Origin: an uncultured Gemmataceae bacterium
Lineage (GTDB): Bacteria > Planctomycetota > Planctomycetia > Gemmatales > Gemmataceae
DNA length: 64,000 nt
Direction: 5' to 3'
Assembly: GCA_963750165.1 (NCBI GenBank)
Contig: CAVVPN010000004.1
Coordinates: 1,024,001 to 1,088,000, forward strand
The notes below the pieces were generated by a model, which saw nothing but the letters and a program-made list of their open reading frames with translations, ran no database searches and was not told where the DNA came from. Positions 54,554 through 64,000 of this stretch are shown here, piece by piece. The position numbers were made by a program, and so were the translations under genes. The stretch's first letter is position 1. Every line of letters starts with the position of its first letter.

Positions 54554-55636
54554 CTACTTGACCAGCTTCAACACGCGGTCGTTGTTGCTGTCCACGATGT
54601 ACAGCTCGCCCGCCGGGCTCACGTAGACGCCGTGCGGTTCGTTGAACTGCGCCTGCAGTGGCGGCCCGTCGCCGCCCTGGCTGCCCTTCTTGCCGGTGCC
54701 GGCGACGCGCACGATGGTCCCGTCCTTGACGACGTACTTGCGGATGACATGGTTGGCCGTGTCCGCGATGATGACGTTGCCGTCGCGGTCCATGCACAGG
54801 TGCTTCGGCCCGTTCAGCGTTGCCTTGAGCGCCGGGCCGCCGTCACCGCTCAGGCCCGCCTTGCCGGTGCCCGCCACTGTGCGAATCTTGCCGGCCGCGT
54901 TCACCACCCGCAGTGCGTGGCCGCCGCGCTCCAGGATGTAGACGTTACCCTTATCGTCCACCGTCACCGCGCGCGGATCGACCAGCGGCGCCGCCTTCGC
55001 GTCGGCGCCGTCCGCCGGTACGCCCTTCTTGCCGTTGCCGGCCACCAACCGCACCACCCCGGTGGCCAGATTCAGCACCCGCACACGGCGGTTGTCCAGG
55101 TCCGCCAGGTACAGGTTCTCGCCCCTGGGATCGAGGGTGACGCAGTAGATGCCGCCGAACTGCGCCTTGACCGCCGGGCCGCCGTCGCCGCCGTAGCCCT
55201 TGACGCCGGTGCCCGCCACGGTTGCGATGATGCCCGTCTTGCCGTCGATCCTGCGCACCTTGTTATTCCAGGTGTCGGCGACATAAATGTCGCCGGCGGG
55301 GGTGACGGCCAGGTTGTGCATGCCGTTGAAGGTGGCGCGCAGCGCCGGGCCGCCGTCGCCGCCGGCGCCCTTCTGACCGGTGCCGGCGACGGTCGCCAGC
55401 AGTCCCGTTTTGTCGATCTTGTGGACGCGGCCGCCGTTCAGCTCGACCAGGTAGGCGTTGCCGGCGCGGTCGAAGTCGATGCCGAACGGTGTGACCAGCT
55501 TGGCCTGCGTCGCCGGCGCCGGCTCGCCGCGCCTGTCGCCGCCGCCAGCCACACGCACGAGCCTGTCCGCCCGCGTCGGTGCCACCACCGTCAGCGCCAG
55601 CACCACCGCCAGCAGCCCTTGACCCATCCTGTGCAT
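54554..55636 (-). CDS. Exported NHL-repeat protein
   Basis: Signal peptide; repeated TVAGTG..G..GDGGPA..A.FN.P, IYVADT.N..VRRI. Confidence 0.88.
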   Translation of the reverse strand: MHRMGQGLLAVVLALTVVAPTRADRLVRVAGGGDRRGEPAPATQAKLVTPFGIDFDRAGNAYLVELNGGRVHKIDKTGLLATVAGTGQKGAGGDGGPALRATFNGMHNLAVTPAGDIYVADTWNNKVRRIDGKTGIIATVAGTGVKGYGGDGGPAVKAQFGGIYCVTLDPRGENLYLADLDNRRVRVLNLATGVVRLVAGNGKKGVPADGADAKAAPLVDPRAVTVDDKGNVYILERGGHALRVVNAAGKIRTVAGTGKAGLSGDGGPALKATLNGPKHLCMDRDGNVIIADTANHVIRKYVVKDGTIVRVAGTGKKGSQGGDGPPLQAQFNEPHGVYVSPAGELYIVDSNNDRVLKLVK

Positions 55637-55855
55637 GGCCCGCTCCCTTCCGAAACGTGAGGCGATTGCCTGGGGTTCTCGCTCCATCTTAATCGCCGGG
55701 GCCCATCGGTCAACCTGGGGCGGTTGTGCCGGCCGCGGCAGGCGCGGCCCACCGGCGCGGCGACATTTATTATTTCTAAGCAAGTTGGCCCCGCTGGCGG
55801 TCGATAATTCTCCCTGGAACACTCAGCCGCCCCCCAGGGCAAAGGAGGTGCCACG

Positions 55856-56092
55856 GTGGCGCGTGAATTGAACGTCCTGGCCTTGATTAAGGGGCAAGAA
55901 CGCTACATCTTCGTCTATGATGACGAGAGCCGGTCGGAGTTGATCGATGCCTTCCGCGATCACGCCGCCGACCCGCGGCTGAGTTTCAACTGGTTCGACG
56001 CGGCGGTGCTGACCGACAAGGCTCGCGCCCAGGCGGCCGCCGTGGACGCCGAGGCCGACGCGGCACCGCTGCCCTCGACCCGCCGCCTGTGA
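55856..56092 (+). CDS. Small conserved hypothetical protein upstream of xerC
   Basis: AAGGAGGT RBS; NVLALIKGQERYIFVYDD...LSFNWFDAAVL. Confidence 0.75.
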   Translation: MARELNVLALIKGQERYIFVYDDESRSELIDAFRDHAADPRLSFNWFDAAVLTDKARAQAAAVDAEADAAPLPSTRRL

Positions 56093-56113
56093 CCGCCCAC
56101 CAAGGACCGCAGC

Positions 56114-57028
56114 ATGGATGAGGCACTGGCCGAATTCCTCCGCCACCTGGCTCTGGAAAAAAATGCCTCGCCGAACACCGTCAAGTCCTATCGCGAGGAC
56201 CTGACGCAGGCGCTGGGCTTTTTCCGCACCCGGTTGGGGGACCGGTCGGCGGCCGTGTCGGCGCTGACGACCCGGCTGCTGCGCGCCTACACCGTCTGGC
56301 TGCACGAACAGGGCTACGCCAAAACGACCATCGCCCGCCGCATTGCCTCAGTGCGGGCGTGGTGCCGGTTCCTGTGCCGGCAGGGCGTGCTCAGCGCCAA
56401 CCCCGCCGACGGCCTGCGCGGCCCGCGTCAGGACAAGAAACTGCCGCACTTCCTCGCCCAGGGGGAGATTACTCGCCTCCTCGAAGCGCCTGGCAGTGCG
56501 ACACCGCTGGCCCTGCGCGACCGGGCCTGGCTGGAGACGTTGTACTCCGCCGGGCTGCGCGTCAGTGAGCTGACGGGCCTGAACCTGGCCGACCTGGACC
56601 TGGACGCCAGCCTGACGACGGTGCGCGGCAAGGGCCGGCGTGAACGGCTGGCCATCCTGGGCCCGAACGCCGTGCAGGCGCTGCGGGACTGGCTGGCGGT
56701 GCGCGGCCAGGTGGGCGTGCGACCCGACGGCTTCCGGCCGCGCGGGGCACAGGATGCGGTGTTCCTGAACAAGAACGGCACCCGGTTGACGGCGCGGAGC
56801 GTCGGCCGGCTATTAGAGAAGTACCTCGCCCAGGTAGGGCTGGACCCGCGCACCAGTCCGCACACGCTGCGGCACAGTTTCGCGACGCATCTGCTCGATA
56901 ACGGCGCGGACATCCGCAGTGTGCAGGAATTGCTCGGCCATCGCAGCCTGGGCACCACGCAAATTTACACTCATGTGACCACGCAGCGGTTGCGCGATCA
57001 CTACCAGAAGGCTCATCCACGCGCCTGA
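56114..57028 (+). CDS. xerC: Tyrosine recombinase XerC
   Basis: SPNTVKSYREDL, LYSAGLRVSEL, GKGRRER, SPHTLRHSFATHLL, QELLGH, TTQIYTHV. Confidence 0.9.
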   Translation: MDEALAEFLRHLALEKNASPNTVKSYREDLTQALGFFRTRLGDRSAAVSALTTRLLRAYTVWLHEQGYAKTTIARRIASVRAWCRFLCRQGVLSANPADGLRGPRQDKKLPHFLAQGEITRLLEAPGSATPLALRDRAWLETLYSAGLRVSELTGLNLADLDLDASLTTVRGKGRRERLAILGPNAVQALRDWLAVRGQVGVRPDGFRPRGAQDAVFLNKNGTRLTARSVGRLLEKYLAQVGLDPRTSPHTLRHSFATHLLDNGADIRSVQELLGHRSLGTTQIYTHVTTQRLRDHYQKAHPRA

Positions 57029-57138
57029 GTTATTAGTCATGAGTCATGAGTCATTAGTCATTAGTTGGCCAAAGTAATTGTAGGTTCTCGGACCCGGTTC
57101 AAGCCAACTAATGACTAATGACTAATGACTAATGACTC
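57027..57138. repeat. Inverted heptamer arrays (TTAGTCA)n / (TGACTAA)n
   Basis: GAGTTATTAGTCATGAGTCATGAGTCATTAGTCATTAGTTGGC...GCCAACTAATGACTAATGACTAATGACTAATGACTC. Confidence 0.9.
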
Positions 57139-57197
57139 AGCTGGAGACACGTATCGGCCAACCCCTTCCTGATTTGACAGCTCCAAGGATCACGACC

Positions 57198-58337
57198 ATG
57201 CGTACCCCACTTGTCGGCTGCCTCCTCGCCTTGTCCCTCTCGTTGCTGGCGCCCGAGTTGGTTGACGCACAGGACGTGAAGTGGCGTAGCGACTACGCCA
57301 GCGCCCGCCGCGAGGCGGAAGCCAAGGGGCTGCCGCTCGTGCTCGACTTCGGCACCGCCGGCTGCGGCTATTGCGTCAAGATGGATCTGACCACCTTCCG
57401 CGATGAGTCCGTCATCAAGGCGATGAACGAGAAGTTTATCCCGCTCAAGATCGACGCTGACAAGGAGCCGAACCTGGCGCAGTTGCTGAACATCCGGGTC
57501 TACCCGACCGTGGTGCTGGCGGCGCCGGACGGCAAAATCCTCGGCCAAATGGATGGCTACTACGACGCCAACCGCTTCTACGAGAACCTGCAGCGTGCCC
57601 TGGCCATGGTCGCCAACCCCGACTGGATGTTGCGCGACTATCGCGAGGCCATGAAGGCGCGCGACAAGGGCGACTGCGCTCGCGCCGTGGCGCTGCTGCG
57701 AACCATCCTGGAAGACAACAAGGGCCGGCCCGTACAACAGCACGCCGAGAAGTTGCTGAAGGAACTGGAGCAGCAGGCCGTGGCCCGGTTGGGGCAGGCG
57801 AAGCATCTGCACGAACGGGGCCAGACGGCGGAGGCGATGGACACCTTGACGGTGGTGGTGCGCGACTACGCCGGCACGGCGCCGGCGCGGGATGCGGCCG
57901 AACTGCTCCGCGTGCTGGCGAAGAACCCGGAAGTGCGAACCGCCCAGCAGGGCCGACGGGCGGCGGACCTGCTGGCGCAGGCGAAGAAGGATTTCGAGGC
58001 GCGGCAGTTCCTGGCGTGCATCGAGCGTTGCGAGACGCTGACCGCCAGCTACGGCGACCGGCCGGAGGCGGCCGAGGCGATGGAGATGGTCACGGCCATC
58101 AAGAATAACCCGGAGTGGATCGCGACAGCGTGCGAGAGCCTGAGCGACCGGCTCGGCACGCTGTACCTGGCCCTGGCGGAGACCTGGGTCAAGAAGGGGC
58201 AGGCGCAGCAGGCGGTGCTGTGTCTGGAGCGTGTCGTCCGTGTGATGCCGGGCTCGCGGCACGCGGAGGTGGCGCAGGTGCGGCTGACGCAACTGCGCGG
58301 CGACCTGATCCAGAGTTCGACTTCGCAGAAACAGTAA
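57198..58337 (+). CDS. Exported thioredoxin-fold protein with TPR-like helical C-terminus
   Basis: Signal peptide, LVLDFGTAGCGYC, YPTVV, helical repeats. Confidence 0.85.
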   Translation: MRTPLVGCLLALSLSLLAPELVDAQDVKWRSDYASARREAEAKGLPLVLDFGTAGCGYCVKMDLTTFRDESVIKAMNEKFIPLKIDADKEPNLAQLLNIRVYPTVVLAAPDGKILGQMDGYYDANRFYENLQRALAMVANPDWMLRDYREAMKARDKGDCARAVALLRTILEDNKGRPVQQHAEKLLKELEQQAVARLGQAKHLHERGQTAEAMDTLTVVVRDYAGTAPARDAAELLRVLAKNPEVRTAQQGRRAADLLAQAKKDFEARQFLACIERCETLTASYGDRPEAAEAMEMVTAIKNNPEWIATACESLSDRLGTLYLALAETWVKKGQAQQAVLCLERVVRVMPGSRHAEVAQVRLTQLRGDLIQSSTSQKQ

Positions 58338-58416
58338 AACAAGACCAATCACGAAAACACGAAAAAGACAATAAATGAGGTTGTCTTTTTCGTGTTTTCG
58401 TGATTGGTCTTGTTTT
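58336..58416. repeat. Perfect 36-bp-arm inverted repeat between convergent genes (possible bidirectional terminator)
   Basis: AAAACAAGACCAATCACGAAAACACGAAAAAGACAA-N9-exact reverse complement. Confidence 0.9.
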
Positions 58417-58424
58417 CTTCTGCG

Positions 58425-59225
58425 CTAAGTCGCCAACCGCGCCAGGGCCGCCGCGTGCAAGCGGCCGTTGCTCGCCAGCAGCCCGTGCCGCTGCCACGCT
58501 CCGGCCAGGCCGTAGCGCAACGCCTCACCGCGGATGCCCGTGACCCTACCGCCCGCCTCCGTCACCAGAATGTGCCCCGCGCAGATGTCCCAGTCGTGGA
58601 AAGCGTCGTAGGTATTGAGGTACAGGTCCGCCTCGCCGCGTGCCACCAGCGCCAGCTTCAGGCCCGCGGAATACGTCTCGATCACGCGCGCCGGCCGCAA
58701 CTGCTGCACCCGGGACGACACCTTGCCCGGCGTCGAATGGCTCTGTGTCAGCGTCGCGGCGCTCAGGTCAGCGACCGCGCTGACGCGGCAGGCTTCCTGG
58801 GCCTGGTTGCCGTCTCGCTTCCAGCAGCCCTGGCCGCGCACCGCGCAGGTCAGTCGGCCGCCTACCGGCTCCAGTACCAGGCCCAGTCCGATCTCTCCGT
58901 CCTCGACGAAACCAATCATCACGGAAAACTCGCCGTTCTTGCGGGCGAAGCCGCGCGTGCCGTCGATCGGATCGACGATCCACAACCGCCGGCCGGTGTG
59001 CTCCGCCTCGCTGAGCGTGCTGGTGGCCTCCTCGGCGCACAGGGCGTCGGCGGGGAACGCCTGCCGCAGGTGCTTCAGGATGATTTCCTGCGAGAGCCGA
59101 TCCGCGTCCGTGGTGAGGCCGGCCGGGGCTTCGGGGATGACCTGGAAGCGAGCGTAGCTCTCCAGCAGTGCCGTGCCCGCGGCGCCAGCCGCGGTCAGGG
59201 CGACTTCCAACTCGCGCTCGTACAT
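58425..59225 (-). CDS. cysQ: 3'(2'),5'-bisphosphate nucleotidase CysQ / inositol monophosphatase family
   Basis: TDAD, EE, WIVDPIDGTRGF, SAGLK, WDICAG. Confidence 0.8.
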   Translation of the reverse strand: MYERELEVALTAAGAAGTALLESYARFQVIPEAPAGLTTDADRLSQEIILKHLRQAFPADALCAEEATSTLSEAEHTGRRLWIVDPIDGTRGFARKNGEFSVMIGFVEDGEIGLGLVLEPVGGRLTCAVRGQGCWKRDGNQAQEACRVSAVADLSAATLTQSHSTPGKVSSRVQQLRPARVIETYSAGLKLALVARGEADLYLNTYDAFHDWDICAGHILVTEAGGRVTGIRGEALRYGLAGAWQRHGLLASNGRLHAAALARLAT

Positions 59226-59248
59226 GGTGAACTCGTTGGGAATCTTTG

Positions 59249-59278
59249 CTCCCCTCTCCCCCGAAGGGGCAAGGGGAG
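59249..59278. repeat. REP-like hairpin CTCCCCTCTCCCC...GGGG..AGGGGAG
   Basis: Imperfect palindrome in 60-bp intergenic gap. Confidence 0.55.
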
Positions 59279-59285
59279 AAGGATG

Positions 59286-61511
59286 CTAGGGGCCTGTCTT
59301 GCCAACGGTGGTCGCCGCCGGCGTGCTGCTGTTCAGGGCGGCGAACTCGTTGAACTCCAGGTATTGCAGGTGGCGGTACAGGTCGTTCTGCGCCAGCAGT
59401 TCCTTGTGCTCGCCCGCCGCCTCGATGCGGCCGTTGATGAGCAGGAACACCCGGTCGCAACTGCGGATCGTGGACAGCCGGTGCGGCAGGAAGATCGTCG
59501 TGCGGCCCGGCAGGATGCGCGCGAAGGTGTCGTCCAGCAGCGACTTGGTGTCCTCGTCCAGCGGCGCCGTCGGCTCCTCGACCACGAACAGCGCCGGGTC
59601 GCGCAGGATCGCCCGCGCCAGCGCGACGCGGAACATCTCACCGTGCTTGAGCGAATGGCCCATCTCGCCAATCGGTGTTTCGTAGCCCTGCGGCAGTTTC
59701 TGGATGAACTGGTGCGCGTGGGCGATCTTGGCCGCCTCGATGATGCGCGGCAGCGTGAACGCCGGGTCGCCGCAGCCGATGTTGTTGGCCACGGTGTCGT
59801 TGAACACCAGGTTGTGCTGTAACACCACCGCGATCTGCGCCCGCAGCGAGTCCAGCGTCACCCAGCGCAGGTTCTTGCGGTCGATGCGGATCTCGCCGCT
59901 GGTCGGGTCCAGGAAGCGCGGCAGCAGGTACACCAGGGCCTGCTTCTCCATGTCGTCGGGGCCGACCAGGGCGACGCGCTGGCCGGCCTGGATGGTCAGG
60001 CTGACGCCCTGCAGCAGCTTGCGGCCGGTGCCCGGTTCGTTGAGCGTGACGTTGTCGAACTCCAGCTGCTTCGCCAGCGCCGGCAGGAATTCCGCCTCGG
60101 AACCCTGGCCGACGCCGCCGGGCCGGTCGAGGAAAGCGAACAGCACGATGGCCGACTCGCGGGCGCGCCGCAGGTAGCGACGATGCTCCAGCCAGTTGGC
60201 CACCGGCCAGTACAGGCTCACCAGCGCCGTCGCCAGCACCAGCCCCGCCGTGACGCCCAGCTGGCCGCTCAGCACCACAATGCCGGCGACATAGAGCAGG
60301 ATCAGCGCCGCCAGCACGCCCATGAACACCAGCAGCGGCCGATAGATCGCCTCGCCGAGGTAGCGGCGCCGCTGCGCGGCGCTGTAGCGGGCCATCTGCC
60401 GCTCGATGCGCGCCTGGTTGAACACCTCCATCAGGTAGACCTTCACCAACCGCATGATCATCAGGCTTTCCTGGATCAGCGCCAGCTGGTCGGCGGCACG
60501 GTGGGAGTCGCGGCGGCCCTGGCGGCGGACGTACGCCGCGATCTGGCCGCCGAACAGCCACACCAGGATGGCGAACAGCAGGAACGCCAGCGCCAGCAGG
60601 AAATTCAGCGTCAGCGCGAACAGAAACAGCAGCACGAACTTGACCGGCTCACGGAAAACGACCGTCAGCCAGGTGTACAGCCCCTCGTGGACCGCCTCCA
60701 GGTGCCGCGTCGCCACGCCGACCGCCTCGCTCGGCCCCAGGGCGCGGAAGGCCAGCGTGCCCAGGCGGTACGTCTGGTGGTAGACCGCCCGCCGCAACCG
60801 CGTCGCCGCCGCCGTCGTCGCCAGCGCCGCCGTGTACTGGCTGGTGAACATCAGGCCGCCGCGCACCAGCGCCAGCACAATCGCCACCACCAGCAGGCCC
60901 GTCAGGAAGGTGAAGTAGCCCTGCGCCCACATCCAGGGGTTCCAGCTGGCGAGCCAGCTAATCAGGTGGCCGTCCAGCCGGTGCTCCGTGCGCACCACCA
61001 GGCTGAGCACGCCCAGGCCCGTCACATCGCGGAACAACGCCTCGTCGGCGCCGACGTTCTTGACCTGCTTCGCGAACCCCTTCCGATACTGCTCGGCGGC
61101 GTCGGCGCCCACACGCTCATCCAGCAACCGGTTGACGTGGATGCGCCAGAGCAGTTCCAGCCGATAATCCTGCTCGCGGGCGTTCAACTTTTTGGGGTTG
61201 ACCAGGCAGAGCTGGGTGAATTCCTTCAACTGGGCGGCGTCCCTGATGCCGAGGTCGCGGAGTGTGTCGGCCACCTGCGATTCGGTAGCCTGGAATTCGG
61301 CCTCGCGGAACTTCTCCTGCTCGGCGGGCAGCAGTTGCTGGTAGGCGGTGATTTCGCCGCGGTTGACGGTCAGATCGACGTACAGCCCCAGGACGATGAG
61401 CAAAGCGACGTACACGACGGCGGTGCCGACCGCGGCAGACAGCGCCGCCCACTTGGCCACAGGGTGGTAGTTGAGAAAACGCAGGGCGCGTGAGAAAGCG
61501 GCACGTTCCAC
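59286..61511 (-). CDS. ABC exporter (fused TMD-NBD) with degenerate nucleotide-binding domain
   Basis: TM domain; LEFDNV, PTSGEIRID, FNDTVANNI, AHQFIQKLPQGYET, ALARAIL, HRLSTI. Confidence 0.88.
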   Translation of the reverse strand: MERAAFSRALRFLNYHPVAKWAALSAAVGTAVVYVALLIVLGLYVDLTVNRGEITAYQQLLPAEQEKFREAEFQATESQVADTLRDLGIRDAAQLKEFTQLCLVNPKKLNAREQDYRLELLWRIHVNRLLDERVGADAAEQYRKGFAKQVKNVGADEALFRDVTGLGVLSLVVRTEHRLDGHLISWLASWNPWMWAQGYFTFLTGLLVVAIVLALVRGGLMFTSQYTAALATTAAATRLRRAVYHQTYRLGTLAFRALGPSEAVGVATRHLEAVHEGLYTWLTVVFREPVKFVLLFLFALTLNFLLALAFLLFAILVWLFGGQIAAYVRRQGRRDSHRAADQLALIQESLMIMRLVKVYLMEVFNQARIERQMARYSAAQRRRYLGEAIYRPLLVFMGVLAALILLYVAGIVVLSGQLGVTAGLVLATALVSLYWPVANWLEHRRYLRRARESAIVLFAFLDRPGGVGQGSEAEFLPALAKQLEFDNVTLNEPGTGRKLLQGVSLTIQAGQRVALVGPDDMEKQALVYLLPRFLDPTSGEIRIDRKNLRWVTLDSLRAQIAVVLQHNLVFNDTVANNIGCGDPAFTLPRIIEAAKIAHAHQFIQKLPQGYETPIGEMGHSLKHGEMFRVALARAILRDPALFVVEEPTAPLDEDTKSLLDDTFARILPGRTTIFLPHRLSTIRSCDRVFLLINGRIEAAGEHKELLAQNDLYRHLQYLEFNEFAALNSSTPAATTVGKTGP

Positions 61512-61525
61512 GCGGCGAAACCCTC

Positions 61526-62728
61526 TTAAGCGAGGTCACGGTCTTCAAACAGGATCAGCCCGAACAGCAAGGCGACCCCGGTATAAAGCAAAGCGTACAG
61601 TGTGACGGTGACCGTGTACAGAGCGAACTCCGTGGGCGGCAGCGGTGTATCGCGGACGATGGCCGGCCCCAGGCTGAAATGCTCCAGGCCCGGCAGCACC
61701 GTGTCGAACACCTGCGCCATGAACGACACCAGCTTGAGCTTGTTCGCCGACACGGCGGTCAGGATCGGCGTCAGGTGGCCAAGGAAGTAGAAGAAGACGC
61801 AGACGGGGATGTTCACGACCATGGGCAGGCGCGTGGCCAGGGCAACGGCGATGGCCACCAGCACCATGACCTGGCAGAAGATGATGGTCAACTTGGGCAG
61901 GGCGCGGCCGGCGTCGTGAATCCACAGCAGCGTGCCGCGAAACAGGTCGCGGACCTCGCCGGCGGAAGTGTAATCGTTGACGGCGTTCACCACCCAGGCC
62001 GGATCGGGCGGCTTCTCCACGAGGAAGCCGGGATCGAACGTCGCCTTGAAGTGCAGCATCCACACCAGCCACCAGCCCAGGAGCGTCGCCATCACCAGCG
62101 ACGCCAGCAGGATGCCGAGGAATTTGCCCAGCAAAAACTGCCGCCGCGACACCGGCTTGCTCATGAGCGTGACCGCCGTGCGTCCCTCGATCTCCTCGCT
62201 GATGGACGTGCTGGCCGCGATGACTCCGAAGATCACCGACGCCAGCATCGTCAGGTCGAACTCCAGTTCCTCGACCATCTTGAAGTCTTCGCCGAGCGTG
62301 AAGTAGGGCAGCAGCGTCACCACGCCCATGAGGAAGCCGGCCGCCAGGAACAGCAGCCAGAACATTGGCTGCCGCAACCCCTCGCGGAAGGCCGCCAGGG
62401 CAACGCCGCCGCCCTTGGGCCAGGCCTTCAACACCACCCAGAACACGACGACGAAAAAGTCCGCGATCAGCTGCAGGTGCAGCACGGACATGTAAATGCG
62501 GCCCCAGAAGACCAGTCCCTGTTCGGCGCTGCTGCCGTTGAGCACGAACGCCTCCGCCAGGCCCAGACCCAGCAGGGCGGCCACGAACCAGCCCCAGAAC
62601 ACGGGCTTGACGATTTGAGAGCGGATCAGCCGCAGATCGAGGACGCTGAACCAGACCAGCGCCGCCAGCACCTGAAGCAACGTCAACCCGACGCCGACCG
62701 CCAGGAGAGTCAGGAATGAATTCGTCAT
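61526..62728 (-). CDS. ABC-2 type permease
   Basis: AFREGLRQP, ISEEIEGRTAVTLMSKPVSRRQFLLGKFLG, FEDRDL. Confidence 0.82.
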   Translation of the reverse strand: MTNSFLTLLAVGVGLTLLQVLAALVWFSVLDLRLIRSQIVKPVFWGWFVAALLGLGLAEAFVLNGSSAEQGLVFWGRIYMSVLHLQLIADFFVVVFWVVLKAWPKGGGVALAAFREGLRQPMFWLLFLAAGFLMGVVTLLPYFTLGEDFKMVEELEFDLTMLASVIFGVIAASTSISEEIEGRTAVTLMSKPVSRRQFLLGKFLGILLASLVMATLLGWWLVWMLHFKATFDPGFLVEKPPDPAWVVNAVNDYTSAGEVRDLFRGTLLWIHDAGRALPKLTIIFCQVMVLVAIAVALATRLPMVVNIPVCVFFYFLGHLTPILTAVSANKLKLVSFMAQVFDTVLPGLEHFSLGPAIVRDTPLPPTEFALYTVTVTLYALLYTGVALLFGLILFEDRDLA

Positions 62729-62974
62729 GATGAATGCGTGTCAGTCAGAGCGGACGGATGTCTCAGCCACCGGTATGGTATGCGGCGCCGGCGGATGTGG
62801 CCACTCTTCCGTGGTGCAGGCATGCCGCCTGGCGTTCCGGGCGCGATGGGTGCCTCCGGGACGGATGGCGATCCCGAGGGACGGCGTTGCCGGAACGCCA
62901 GGCGGAACGCCGCCCGCGCAGGGGCAGGCCGTCACCGCACCGGCGCCGCTGCCTGCACTACGTCGCGGCGGCCC

Positions 62975-63826
62975 TCAAGGTTCATGGCGGTAGCCGGGTT
63001 GGGCCGCCCAGCGCAGCTTGTCGCGCAGCGTCTGGTAGAAACTGTGGCCGGGCACCTTGACCAGGCCGAAGGTCACGGGGGCACGGCGGATGGTGACGCG
63101 GTGCCGTGGCGTCAGCGTCAGTGTTTCCTGGCCGTCGATGATGAGCACTGCCCGGGCGCCGTCGCCGGGCAGCGCGATGTTGAAGGTGCGGGCCGCCGAT
63201 TCGACCACCGGGCGGAACGTCAGCGTGTGCGGGCAGATCGGCGTGATGACGAAGGCGTCCAGGTCCTGGGCCAGGATGGGACCGCCGGCCGACAGGCTGT
63301 GGGCGGTTGAGCCGATGGGTGTGCTGACGATCAGGCCGTCGCCACGGAAGCGCGTCACCGCGTCGCCGTCAATGGCCAGTTCCAGGTCCAGGATGGGGAA
63401 CGGCGGCAGCGTGTGAAAGACCACCTCGTTGAGGCCGAGAACGGTCACCGGCGGCAGACCGTCGGGGTCGTCGATGGTGCATTCAAACATGATGTGGCGC
63501 GTGACGTGGAAGTTGCCGCGCAGCACCTGCGTGAAACACTGGCGCAGCTGGTCGGGGTCCAGGTCCGCCAGGAAGCCGAGGCGGCCAAGGTTGACACCGA
63601 GCACCGGCACCTGACGGTAGGCCATCTGCCGCGCAGCGCGCAGGATGGCGCCGTCGCCGCCGAGCACCAGTGCCACGTCGGCAGGCGGGACGCCGGTCAG
63701 GTCCTGCTCGCGCAACAGGTCGTAGACGACGATCTCGCAGCACTGCTGCCGCAAGAACGGCAGCAGTCGCTCCGCCTCCGCGGTGACGCCGGGACGCTGC
63801 GCGTTGCCCAACAGGTAGAGTTTCAT
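62975..63826 (-). CDS. nadK: NAD kinase
   Basis: VLGGDGAIL, GVNLGRLGFL, LNE, GDGLIVSTPIGSTAHSLSAGGP, TPICPH. Confidence 0.95.
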   Translation of the reverse strand: MKLYLLGNAQRPGVTAEAERLLPFLRQQCCEIVVYDLLREQDLTGVPPADVALVLGGDGAILRAARQMAYRQVPVLGVNLGRLGFLADLDPDQLRQCFTQVLRGNFHVTRHIMFECTIDDPDGLPPVTVLGLNEVVFHTLPPFPILDLELAIDGDAVTRFRGDGLIVSTPIGSTAHSLSAGGPILAQDLDAFVITPICPHTLTFRPVVESAARTFNIALPGDGARAVLIIDGQETLTLTPRHRVTIRRAPVTFGLVKVPGHSFYQTLRDKLRWAAQPGYRHEP

Positions 63827-63939
63827 GCAGAGATTATAGCGACCGGCTGGCTTCGCGGGGGTAAAGGGCGGCGGCGAGACCGCCGGAGCCAGGGGGCCAA
63901 GGGCAGGGCTTCCAAGGTGATGCCGCGCCCCAGAGTAGC

Positions 63940-64000
63940 TTAGCGCGGTTTGCAGGTGCGTGTAGCGGGTAGTAGGTCCGGCGAGCCGAGCCGGACCCGC
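63940..64000. repeat. Start of another MITE-like copy with GTAG-type REP hairpin (cut by window end)
   Basis: TTAGCGCGGTTTGC... then GTAGGTCCGGCGAGCCGAGCCGGACC. Confidence 0.5.

Noticed and set aside
56114..57028. Integrase of the accessory region
   Set aside because: Typical chromosomal XerC size and motifs, located among core genes ~9 kb outside the region.
63885..63916. GGAGCCAGGGGGCCAAGGG as a fourth 9-mer module
   Set aside because: Too degenerate; lacks the conserved TTTTTCACACGTCGAGA core.

Overview
GC-rich bacterial chromosomal window, very likely a planctomycete (Gemmataceae-like), judged from planctomycete-type ECF sigma/Ser-Thr kinase pairs, a TIGR03067-type protein and a planctomycete cytochrome-c remnant. 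Housekeeping flanks (left: acnA, gluconolactonase, tyrA-purL; right: comA, ABC permeases, xerC, thioredoxin-TPR, cysQ-like, nadK) enclose a ~33-kb decaying accessory region (~14.4-47.3 kb). That region holds two near-identical AraC genes, a conserved promoter present three times, small-molecule-modifying enzymes (UGT/MGT glycosyltransferase, O-methyltransferase, SnoaL-like, a plant-type SABATH methyltransferase), a redox/hydrolase operon, an IS110 remnant, two ECF sigma/kinase modules and many truncated genes. The most unusual signal is a set of short palindromic repeats. A MITE-like shell with conserved ends (TAGCGCGGTTCAC...GTGAAC) carries different internal cargos in different copies, and a tandem pair of these elements disrupts a gene. 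One cargo type also sits, expanded and in frame, inside purL. Many frameshifts fall at CGCG and look like long-read errors. I recognised no rRNA, tRNA or CRISPR array. All calls come from motif recognition by eye; no searches were run.
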